From: Syntrophaceae bacterium
GTDB lineage: Bacteria; Desulfobacterota; Syntrophia; Syntrophales; UBA2185
Assembly (NCBI GenBank): GCA_003153775.1
Contig: PMBI01000062.1
Location: forward strand, 4,110-68,109
Direction of reading: 5' to 3'
Length of the DNA: 64,000 bases
In this document: positions 34,235 to 42,233 of the stretch, piece after piece
Position numbering within the stretch: the first letter of the stretch is position 1
Layout: each line of letters starts with the position of its first letter
Translations under genes and position numbers: made by a program
The notes under the pieces: generated by a model
Database searches by the model: none
The model's input: the letters and a program-made list of their open reading frames with translations, nothing else
Told to the model about the DNA's origin: nothing

Positions 34235-34471
34235 TCAGACATCCTTTCTTTTCAACCAGGCGTTCTGATACAGCCTGCCGATGCAGGCAAATATGGCCAG
34301 GAAGAACAAACCGAACATAAAGTTTGGAGAAGTGCCGAGAAGTTCGTCCAGTTTGTGTCCCACATAGAGGAAGAGGAATGAGGCAATCACGATGACGAAC
34401 CCCCATGAACTCAGCATGAAGATAGCGCTGTACATCTTACGGTCCTGTTGTGTCTTGCTCGTCATTAACAT
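34235..34471 (-). CDS. AtpZ/AtpI-like small membrane protein
   Basis: 78 aa from ATG 34471, with AAGGAGG 8 nt upstream. Two TM helices with ..VGHKLDELLGTSPNFMFGLFFLAIFACIGRLY.., matching the xLDxxLGTSPWF signature of the ATPase_gene1 (AtpZ/AtpI) family. Confidence 0.6.
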   Translation of the reverse strand: MLMTSKTQQDRKMYSAIFMLSSWGFVIVIASFLFLYVGHKLDELLGTSPNFMFGLFFLAIFACIGRLYQNAWLKRKDV

Positions 34472-34538
34472 GGCCTTAACCTCCTTTCCCTCAAGATCGA
34501 TAGTCAAACTACCCTAAACGCCGGGCCCGTTAATTTCC

Positions 34539-34814
34539 TTAGCTTACCAAAGTCTTGATGGTATTGAAAACCGGCGCCGTGAAGAGGGCAATCAGAATCG
34601 TATACATAGCGAAGACGCCCATCAGCTCGCCCGTGTATATCTTCTGATATTTTTGCTTCAGAGAGATGATCGTCATCCCGCCAACAATCAGACAACCAAG
34701 CTGAAAATACGGGAATTCGCTTACACCTGTAGCGGTGTACTCGGCAAAGCCGAATGTCGCCGTCACAAGAACTACAAATACCGCCAGGACTAATGTCTTA
34801 AATATTTTTTTCAT
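34539..34814 (-). CDS. Small membrane protein, unknown function
   Basis: 91 aa from ATG 34814, with a GGAG Shine-Dalgarno sequence upstream. Signal-peptide-like N-terminus MKKIFKTLVLAVFVVLVTATFGFA and two further TM helices. Confidence 0.55.
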   Translation of the reverse strand: MKKIFKTLVLAVFVVLVTATFGFAEYTATGVSEFPYFQLGCLIVGGMTIISLKQKYQKIYTGELMGVFAMYTILIALFTAPVFNTIKTLVS

Positions 34815-35111
34815 GATCTGTTTACTCCTTTTTTTCTGATTTGTTTTGCCTTGTACAAATGAAATATCCATGCCAACTTGGCAAGCGTCTGCATAAAAAA
34901 TTATAACATATTGATTATGCGTGCCTATTGTCGCTTGAGATGAATTCACGGCCGGCCATCAGACACCTGAATGAGGAGTATTATTTAAAGAAATATTAAA
35001 CGGCATTGAATGAATTGTGCAAAGAGAGTGGAGAATTCCGGCGTTCATCTCCCGAAGTTGTTTCCGGGATTTCGGATGTGAGAAACAATTCTCAGCGACT
35101 TATGCAGGCCG

Positions 35112-35813
35112 TCATTTATCTTCGTCGAAAAGAGCCGGCAAGGCTATCCCGGCGTTCTCCCGGATGGCTTTGTCATACAGATATGACATTTCATTTGGTT
35201 CCGGGTTAATTTCTATGCAGTGGGCCCCGCTCTCCTTAGCAATTTTTGGGAAACCGGCTGCCGGCCAGACCACACCGGATGTGCCGACGCTGATAAAGAG
35301 ATCGCTTCGCCTGACAATCAAATTAGCTTCGTTGACGACGTCCTGATTCAGCATGTCGCCAAACCACACTATATCAGGGCGGAGCCAACTGCCGCACTTG
35401 TCGCACTTGCAGCTCTTGAAGGTTTCTCCCATATCGTCGAATATTCCATGGGAAGGGCAGCGTACGCGCCAGAGACTGCCATGCAGTTCTGTGACGTTTC
35501 GGCTTCCCGCCCGCTGGTGCATTCCGTCTATGTTCTGGGTCACTGCCCTCACCTGGGGATGCATCTTTTCCAGTTCTGCTATAACATAGTGCCCCGGATG
35601 CGGCCGGCATGACAATACAGATTGTCTCCTCAGTTCATGAAACTTGAGCACCTTATGCGGATCCCTGTCAAATGCCTCCTGGCAAGCGTATTCCTCCCAG
35701 TTGTACTGGCTCCAGATACCGCCCCTGCCGCGATAAGTGGGGACACCGCTTTCCGCGGACATTCCCGCACCGGTAAAAAAGACGATGCTTTTATATTTAT
35801 CGGAGAGTCCCAC
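35112..35813 (-). CDS. cobB: NAD-dependent protein deacylase, Sir2 family
   Basis: FFTGAGMSAESGVPTYRG, QNIDGMH and zinc-ribbon CxxC..CxxC (CPSHG.. / CDKCG). GTG at 35813 has a GAGG Shine-Dalgarno sequence 8 nt upstream and avoids the 53-nt overlap implied by the track start (a TTG). Confidence 0.88.
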   Translation of the reverse strand: MGLSDKYKSIVFFTGAGMSAESGVPTYRGRGGIWSQYNWEEYACQEAFDRDPHKVLKFHELRRQSVLSCRPHPGHYVIAELEKMHPQVRAVTQNIDGMHQRAGSRNVTELHGSLWRVRCPSHGIFDDMGETFKSCKCDKCGSWLRPDIVWFGDMLNQDVVNEANLIVRRSDLFISVGTSGVVWPAAGFPKIAKESGAHCIEINPEPNEMSYLYDKAIRENAGIALPALFDEDK

Positions 35814-35817
35814 TATC

Positions 35818-36153
35818 TCAACCTCTAAGCAACCATTGGTGGACGAACGCTCCCACCAGCCAAGTGCCAAAGCTCACGCACAACACGACACCGATGGGAT
35901 AGTGCCTTGCAAAAGAGATATAGGCGGCGACAAAAAAAAGAATACTCGGTATTATTCCCCATAAGGCTGCCCTGGTAAAGTCTTCCATCAGCTTGAAATT
36001 TCCCGGATTGTCTGAATAGATCCAGACCAGAATGATGACGCTGACGATAGGCATCGTCGCGATGAGGCCGCTGAGCGAGGGAAAGCCCCTGCCGATCTGC
36101 GTGCAGACAATGATGATGGCGACGCTTATCGCTATCTTTACGAAAAATTCCAT
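35818..36153 (-). CDS. Small 4-TM membrane protein (DUF3147-like)
   Basis: 111 aa with four hydrophobic helices. The family assignment is from memory of DUF3147 size and pattern only. Confidence 0.6.
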   Translation of the reverse strand: MEFFVKIAISVAIIIVCTQIGRGFPSLSGLIATMPIVSVIILVWIYSDNPGNFKLMEDFTRAALWGIIPSILFFVAAYISFARHYPIGVVLCVSFGTWLVGAFVHQWLLRG

Positions 36154-36221
36154 ACGCCCTCCTATCAGAAGGATGAGACTCCTGCCCTATAGTCCAATTT
36201 GAGAGGATAGTTCAAAGTTAT

Positions 36222-36431
36222 CTATTTGTCAGGCTCTCTGAACACGGCATTCGGATTGATCAAGGGGTCATGGGCGCACGCAAAACAGTAATAAGCGGGC
36301 CAGACACATCCGCAACCGGAACCAATCAATTCGAAGCAGGCGCACTTTTCACACAGAGATACAGAGCAACCCAGACACTGTGCAAAAACTTTTGCCTTTA
36401 CGCAGATTCCACAGAGAACATCGTTTTCCAT
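36222..36431 (-). CDS. Small Cys-rich protein (14 Cys in 69 aa), unknown function
   Basis: MENDVLCGICVKAKVFAQCLGCSVSLCEKCACFELIGSGCGCVWPAYYCFACAH... Multiple CxxC-like spacings. No strong Shine-Dalgarno sequence. Confidence 0.5.
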   Translation of the reverse strand: MENDVLCGICVKAKVFAQCLGCSVSLCEKCACFELIGSGCGCVWPAYYCFACAHDPLINPNAVFREPDK

Positions 36432-36459
36432 GATATGTGCCTATCCGAGTGACTGATAA

Positions 36460-37032
36460 TCAGCGCACGTAAGCCGTTATCTCTCTTACGCCCTTCCGGG
36501 GCGTCGGTGAAGAACCTGCTAAAGGTTTGCCGAGGCATATGAGCGCAAGGGGTTCCTTAGCCTGATCGATCTTCAGGATCGTCCTTATAGTTTTCTTCTC
36601 GAAGAGGGTGAACCAGAGCGTCCCGAGTCCCAAGGCATGGGCCGCAAGAAGCATGTTCTGGATTGCCGCTGCACACCCATGCTGGTAGGCGAGTCCTCCT
36701 CCTTCCAGAAACATATCTGCCCCCGTCTTTTTCGGGTCGCCGATCACTGCTATAATGACCGGCGCCTCATTGACAAAGCCAATCTTATAGCGGTCAACCC
36801 ACTTCCAGCCGCTCTTTTCAAACAGGGCTTTTCTGCATTTTTCAGATTCGGTAAATATGTTATTCTTAATCTCACTATTTGTAACAACGATGAATTCCCA
36901 GGGCTGGTTATTCGCCGCAGACGGAGCCCACGTGGCCGCCTCCAGTATCTTATCAAGCACTTCGTTACTTACCGGATCAGGCATAAAATTCCTGCAGCTT
37001 CGCCTTTCCTTCATAGCAGTGAAGATGTCCAT
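36460..37032 (-). CDS. Nitroreductase family protein
   Basis: 190 aa. ERRSCRNF.., ..ATWAPSAANNQPWEF.. and ..LAAHALGLGT.. are nitroreductase-fold signatures. Confidence 0.88.
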   Translation of the reverse strand: MDIFTAMKERRSCRNFMPDPVSNEVLDKILEAATWAPSAANNQPWEFIVVTNSEIKNNIFTESEKCRKALFEKSGWKWVDRYKIGFVNEAPVIIAVIGDPKKTGADMFLEGGGLAYQHGCAAAIQNMLLAAHALGLGTLWFTLFEKKTIRTILKIDQAKEPLALICLGKPLAGSSPTPRKGVREITAYVR

Positions 37033-37330
37033 ATCTTTCCCCCTTTTCGAGTGATGAAATCTACCTTTAAGTAGAAAGCAGTGCTGTCGTTCCGGTCCTT
37101 CTTATGCAAGCGGGATTTTCTGTCTTGCCGTTCCGCGCAATGGCAGGCAACCCTTGCAAGACATCGTATAGCTTTATCTTATGCAAAAACAAGAATAAAG
37201 TAAAACAGCCGAAATGTGAATAGGAGCAATGACCTACTATTTTACATTCCTTTAACTACTATTGTATCTTATGCCTTATCCGTTAAAATGGATGCAAATA
37301 TTATATGAAGGCAAATATTATATAACGGAA

Positions 37331-38104
37331 ATGGGAAGAATCAAAATATTCATTATCGCGGCGCTCTGGCTTGTTCTTGCCCTTGCGCCAAGGGCGGCTC
37401 TGGCCGGTCCACCGTTTAAGACCGATGATCCGGAACCGGTGGAATACAAACATTGGGAATTATATCTCGCTTCGCAATACATCAAAGACCGGGACCAGGT
37501 CTCCGCCACATTGCCCCATATTGAAGTTAATTACGGACTCGTGCCAAATCTCCAGGTCCATTTGATCGCCCCTCTCCAATACGTGAAACCAGAAGGAGAG
37601 GGTTCTCAGTATGGCTACGGGGATACGGAGTTCGGCATGAAGTATCGTTTCATCCAGGAATCGAAGTACGTTCCTCAGGTGGGAATATTCCCGCTCATCG
37701 AGATACCGACCGGCGATGTTACAAAAGGGCTGGGAAATGGGAAGACCCAATTCTTCCTGCCGCTGTGGCTGCAGAAGAGCTGGGGACCGTGGACCACCTA
37801 TGGAGGAGGAGGCTACTGGTTTACGTCGGGCGTGGATAACAGAGACTACTGGCAGTTCGGCTGGCTTTTGCAGCGAGAGATCACCAAGAAGCTGACTCTG
37901 GGAGCGGAACTCTACTACAAGACGTCAAGCAAGGCCGACATCGATGAAAGCAAAGGCTACACCGTGGGCGCGATCATAAACTTTACCGACAATCACCACC
38001 TGCTGCTTTCCGCAGGCCAGGATGTCTACGGCCCTAACTACTACTCCTTTTACATAGCCTATCAACTGACGTTTGGGCCCGAAGCAAATGAGAAAGGCAA
38101 ATAG
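37331..38104 (+). CDS. Outer-membrane beta-barrel protein (MetA-pathway/transporter-like family)
   Basis: 257 aa from ATG 37331. Signal peptide ..ALAPRAALAG, then PPFKTDDPEPVEYKHWELY, typical of the Phenol_MetA_deg-type barrels. Alternating beta-strand pattern, ends in F-containing strand. Confidence 0.75.
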   Translation: MGRIKIFIIAALWLVLALAPRAALAGPPFKTDDPEPVEYKHWELYLASQYIKDRDQVSATLPHIEVNYGLVPNLQVHLIAPLQYVKPEGEGSQYGYGDTEFGMKYRFIQESKYVPQVGIFPLIEIPTGDVTKGLGNGKTQFFLPLWLQKSWGPWTTYGGGGYWFTSGVDNRDYWQFGWLLQREITKKLTLGAELYYKTSSKADIDESKGYTVGAIINFTDNHHLLLSAGQDVYGPNYYSFYIAYQLTFGPEANEKGK

Positions 38105-38125
38105 CGCGGCTTGACGTTGGTAGAT

Positions 38126-38178
38126 ATCGAAGCTCTCCGCAGCAAGCTGTGGGGAATGCGCTCGCTACCGAATTCAAC
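38126..38178 (+). repeat. Dispersed intergenic hairpin repeat, short form (closest to consensus)
   Basis: ATCGAAGCTCTCCGCAGCAAGCTGTGGGGAATGCGCTCGCTACCGAATTCAAC. Confidence 0.88.
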
Positions 38179-38221
38179 TTAAAAACAGTCAACATGCAGT
38201 CCGAGGGAAGGGAGGAATAAT

Positions 38222-38683
38222 ATGTTTATCCAGGGAGTAATGATGGTGCATGTGGCATTGGGCGTCATCGGTATAATGTTTGCCGTCGCTCTCTTCGTGG
38301 ACGTTTTGAATGTCAACGAGGGGAATATTGAGAGAATAAAGAAATTAAGCCTGGCGGTTGCGGTGCTGATCGTCCTCGCCTATATCATCGGAGGCTACTG
38401 GTACGTGGTATATTACGGCCATGACAGGGATATAATCAAGGCTGGACAGTGGCCGTGGGCCCACAACTATTTCATGGAAGTGAAGGAGCATCTCTTTTTC
38501 GTGATGCTGCTCCTTGGCATCTACCTGCCGATTGCCGTCTATAGGAACACCCCTCTCATGGAAAAGGAGAAGCGATGTCTCGTCCTCGGGATTTGCGCGC
38601 TCATAGTCGTGCTGGGATTTTTCATGGAAGGTGCAGGCGGCATCATAGGCAAGGGCGTGACAATAGGGCTAATGGGGGGGTAA
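38222..38683 (+). CDS. Integral membrane protein, unknown function
   Basis: 153 aa with 4 predicted TM helices. GGAGGA Shine-Dalgarno sequence upstream. Confidence 0.6.
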   Translation: MFIQGVMMVHVALGVIGIMFAVALFVDVLNVNEGNIERIKKLSLAVAVLIVLAYIIGGYWYVVYYGHDRDIIKAGQWPWAHNYFMEVKEHLFFVMLLLGIYLPIAVYRNTPLMEKEKRCLVLGICALIVVLGFFMEGAGGIIGKGVTIGLMGG

Positions 38684-38688
38684 GAGCT

Positions 38689-39027
38689 ATGGAGAATTCA
38701 CGGATGGATAAATATGCTGCCGGGTTCGGCATGTCTCTGGCCGTAACATGCGTGTTGAACGCCATTATCCTGGTCATCAAGGAAAAAAACGACGCTGTCA
38801 TGGGCGCTATGAAGGCGGCCATGGGGCATCATTGGACGACGCACGGCGTTATTGTCATAGTCTGCTTCTTTGTCCTCGGCTTTATTTTTTCGGCCACGAG
38901 GTTGGAAACAAAATTCGATTCGCACAGGATGCTGAAGTACATTATCTGGGGCGTCATTATTAGCGGCCTTATCACGGCGGGATTCTTCATGCCCAATTTG
39001 AAGCTTGGAGGAGTGATTAAATACTGA
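38689..39027 (+). CDS. Integral membrane protein, unknown function (GHHWTTHG motif)
   Basis: 112 aa from ATG 38689, 5 nt after the previous stop. 3 TM helices. Confidence 0.55.
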   Translation: MENSRMDKYAAGFGMSLAVTCVLNAIILVIKEKNDAVMGAMKAAMGHHWTTHGVIVIVCFFVLGFIFSATRLETKFDSHRMLKYIIWGVIISGLITAGFFMPNLKLGGVIKY

Positions 39028-39264
39028 CTGAGATTGCCCTGCCTGATGCGTAAGAGGATTTGCTGAAGGGGCATATTAGGCAGCAATCGGACATTTTAGA
39101 AAGAACCCGAACGCGTGAGTTGTCATCCTCTCCCTTTCTTTCTATCGGGTTAAGGGTCCCCGGCTTTACCTCCTTTTCCTGGGAACCATGCTATATTATG
39201 ATCGAGAATTACCGTATGCCGGATGGAGAATGGCATCAATCAATGGATATCGAAAGGCTATAAG

Positions 39265-39930
39265 ATGGAATTACGGGCTGCAATCGAAGGAAGGCGGAGC
39301 ATAAGAAAATTCAAGGCAAAAGAGATTCCCCGGGAGACAACTCGTGATATCCTGGCGACGGCGCGCTGGGCGCCGTCCTGGGGCAACACGCAGCTGTGGG
39401 AGTTTTATGTCCTGACCGGAAAAAGGCTTGATGAATTCAGAGAGGCAAACCACCGCTCATTCGTCGATGGCCAAACATTCCCCCCCGATGTCCCCATGCA
39501 CGAGGTCTGGCCCGAGCGCTTGAAAGAAAGGTACGGGGAATTGGGAAAGGTTATGCTGACAACAATGAATGTCAAACGTGATGACAAGGACGCCCGCAAA
39601 CGGCTGTATGAAGACATGACCCTGCTCTTCGGTGCGCCCTGCCTCGTTGTCGCCTGCATTCCCGGCGATATCCTCGTCGAGTATGCCATGTTCGACATCG
39701 GCCTCATTGTCCAGACCATATGCCTTCTTGCCCATGACAGGGGCATTGGAACCTGCATCATGGCCATGGCTGTCCGCAACCCGGGTCTCCTACACAAAGT
39801 CCTATCCATCCCGGCAGAACGGAAGATCGCCATCGGGATAGCCATGGGGTATCCCGATTTTGACTTTCCTCTCAATAGCTTTGAAAGAAAAAGGGCGGAT
39901 ATAAGCGAATACGTCAAGTGGGTTGAGTAG
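39265..39930 (+). CDS. Nitroreductase family protein
   Basis: 221 aa from ATG 39265. GRRSIRKF.., ..ARWAPSWGNTQLWEF... C-terminal region typical of the fold. Confidence 0.85.
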   Translation: MELRAAIEGRRSIRKFKAKEIPRETTRDILATARWAPSWGNTQLWEFYVLTGKRLDEFREANHRSFVDGQTFPPDVPMHEVWPERLKERYGELGKVMLTTMNVKRDDKDARKRLYEDMTLLFGAPCLVVACIPGDILVEYAMFDIGLIVQTICLLAHDRGIGTCIMAMAVRNPGLLHKVLSIPAERKIAIGIAMGYPDFDFPLNSFERKRADISEYVKWVE

Positions 39931-39946
39931 CTGGCACAGCGGCATT

Positions 39947-40522
39947 TCACGCCCGGACTCTTTTGAGGAGCCATGCCATGTTCTGCCCGAGGGTCTTCAT
40001 GGTCTGAACGCCTTCTTCGTCCTTCAGGACTTCGCCGGGATCCCTGCCTATGGCTATATTCCAGTAGCTCGAACCCGGGATCATCATCTGCATATAATGG
40101 AGAAACAGCATGATGGAGCTAAATGCGGGGATCGCTCCTGCCCTGCGGACGGCAACGACGCCTGCTCCTACCTTATATTTGAACATGTAGTCATTTGCGC
40201 GTGCAACAAAACCGCACCTTTCGATAAACGCCCTCGTGCCGGACGTGACATCGGAAAAATATGTCGGCGATCCAATTATTATTCCGTCTGCCTGCAGCAT
40301 CTTCTCGATAATATCATTGAGCATATCCTTGTTAACAGAACACCTGCGGTTCTTGTTCTTGAAACACTTATAGCAGGCAAGACATCCAGCAATGGGATTC
40401 CCCGCAAGCTGTATCAATTCCGTCTCAATTCCTTCTTTTTTCAACTCATCAAAGACCAAGTTGATTAGAATTGACGTATTGCCGTCTTTGCGGGCGCTTC
40501 CGTTCAACGCTACTACTTTCAT
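39947..40522 (-). CDS. Iron-sulfur flavoprotein / NADPH-dependent FMN reductase family
   Basis: 191 aa from ATG 40522, with AAAGGAGG upstream. MKVVALNGSARKDGNTS is the flavodoxin-like FMN site. The compact Cys motif CLACYKCFKNKNRRC (Cx2Cx2Cx7C) resembles the Isf [4Fe-4S] motif. Confidence 0.85.
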   Translation of the reverse strand: MKVVALNGSARKDGNTSILINLVFDELKKEGIETELIQLAGNPIAGCLACYKCFKNKNRRCSVNKDMLNDIIEKMLQADGIIIGSPTYFSDVTSGTRAFIERCGFVARANDYMFKYKVGAGVVAVRRAGAIPAFSSIMLFLHYMQMMIPGSSYWNIAIGRDPGEVLKDEEGVQTMKTLGQNMAWLLKRVRA

Positions 40523-40892
40523 CGTGATCCTCCTTTGTTCAAAATGCATTACATATATGAATCTTCTTTTTTAGACAGTTTTCTTCAAAAATACAAGCGG
40601 CAAATGACGGACACTTCTCTTCCTTATTCTTGAAAATAGAAATAAGGAATTTAGATTAAAGAAGTAAGTTTTTCCCTGATGGTAAATTCTAAGGATGCGT
40701 TATAAAAAAATAATACTATAAGTAGCGTACTATTGTCCGACGGCGCAGATGCGCCGGAAGCCTTCCTACCCAAATCAATCCTTACGCATTCTAATGGATT
40801 TATCTCTGATTGACCCCAGTACAGGCACTGTGGTATCTCTTTCTATCAGAAGATTTTGAGTCTTATCAAACACCTTATCATGGAGGATTCTA

Positions 40893-40991
40893 ATGGCAAA
40901 ATCAAGAGACGCGCAGAAAAGTACTAAAAAGAAACCAACCAAATCAGCCAAGGAAAGGAAGCAGGAAAAACGGGACAAGAAGAATAAATAG
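40893..40991 (+). CDS. Possible 32-aa highly basic (Lys-rich) small protein
   Basis: MAKSRDAQKSTKKKPTKSAKERKQEKRDKKNK, with GGAGGA 5 nt upstream of the ATG. It lies in an otherwise ORF-poor 1.65-kb region and is too short for the ORF track. Confidence 0.35.
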   Translation: MAKSRDAQKSTKKKPTKSAKERKQEKRDKKNK

Positions 40992-42233
40992 CATTTGAAA
41001 ATACGAGGCGTGGGGTGCGGACAGGCTTGACTGCGGCAATGCCTGGAGAACGGTGGCATAAGTTAAAACATGATAAAGACCGCATTCATATTGAGAAGAT
41101 TCGAAGATGACCTCATCAGAAGCGAAGAGCCCCGCAGAACAGTCTTTTGAGATTTTAACAGCGATGTGGAAGGAAGGGATTGTCATGGGCGCCCTGCCTC
41201 CCTCAGATTCATGCGAAGCGATCGCCGTTGATTTCCGGATTGTGCGGATACTTAATTAATTTTTGACAAGATCCTTGCCCGATTAGGCGCAACACCGAGC
41301 GAAAGCAACGTGACTTACATGATCGGCGGCGGACAGGCCGGCTCCTTTGCGAGCGTAAGACGTGATCATGCACAAGATTTTTGCCGGCCGTCCCAGAGAT
41401 ATATAAGATGTGCGAATCATTCTGCTGAAAAATCAGGACATCGATACCCGACACATTGAAACCTCGCTACCGGAATTCGATGCTGCGTCGGATGAAAAGA
41501 TCTGCCTCTCTGCATTCAGAGCTCTTTTGAAGTACGCAGGCCAGAACTCTCATTCTTTCAAGTTATATAGGCGCCGCCAACACTGAAGGACAAACATGAA
41601 ACTTCTGCACTCAGCACACCCATGCGGTACCTCCCTCGGAAACAAATAAGCATGATCGCGATAATAGAACGCGACTTTTTTTATTGGTCCCGTCAAAAAG
41701 TTATTCTCCCTCATGGCATAATTTGTGCGATAGCCGCCGAGGGATGCAGAAATCGGCTGTTATATTATAAGATATTTATATCATTGCATTTATCGCTGCC
41801 CATATTTCGTGCAATCCGTTAGGAATGCAGACCAGACAAGCAACGGCGGAAATTATCCACATGGTTGTCAACAGATTTTTCCACAGGTTTGGGGATTGCG
41901 GCTAACAACTCTTGATTATCTTTGATCTTTTCTTTACAAAAGATTTCCTTAGAATCATCTGAGGTTTTTTTGTGTCAAAAATAAGAGAATGCCCTATTTA
42001 ATTTCATCGTCCTAAATTGTAAGAAAAAGGGGATAAAGGATTATTGAAGTAAGATTACAAACCTCCGGGAAAACTGCCGCGGTCTTCATGATTCCATAGG
42101 TCACGGCTCCGTTTGTTATTCTCAGAAGCTGCGACCGTTTGTTCGATAACGAACAGCGTACGGACGCGACAGTGCTTTTTATGAAAAAATCGCGGGCGCA
42201 AGAAAAAGATTCTTGTCTGCAAGGAATGAGAGC

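Noticed and set aside
33879-34406. 175-aa minus-strand ORF in the track.
   Set aside because: It has no motifs. It overlaps the plus-strand IS91 remnant, the terminator hairpin and the start of the AtpZ-like gene, so the coding signal here belongs to other features.
35814-35870. Track start of the Sir2 gene at 35870, implying a 53-nt overlap with the DUF3147-like gene.
   Set aside because: Codon 35870 is a TTG with no Shine-Dalgarno sequence. GTG 35813 has a GAGG 8 nt upstream, removes the overlap, and gives the usual short N-terminus before the GAGxS NAD motif.
37100-37275. Three direct copies of TCTTATGC(A) upstream of the OM barrel gene (37100, 37177, 37267), as possible regulator sites.
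   Set aside because: These are short 8-9-mers with irregular spacing (77 and 90 bp). By a rough estimate the chance of such a recurrence across the many AT-rich intergenic regions is not small.
41209-41454. 81-aa minus-strand ORF (..IDVLIFQQNDSHILYISGTAGKNLV..) as a gene or gene fragment.
   Set aside because: I can name no family for it, it has no Shine-Dalgarno sequence, and its tail is Arg/Ser-rich and nonsense-like. It is treated only as part of the ORF-poor region.
41750-41900. Calling this region the chromosomal replication origin (oriC).
   Set aside because: There are only two DnaA-box-like sites, no dnaA/dnaN/gyrB nearby, no clear cluster of boxes and no obvious switch of gene orientation. 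It is kept only as a low-interest DnaA-site observation.
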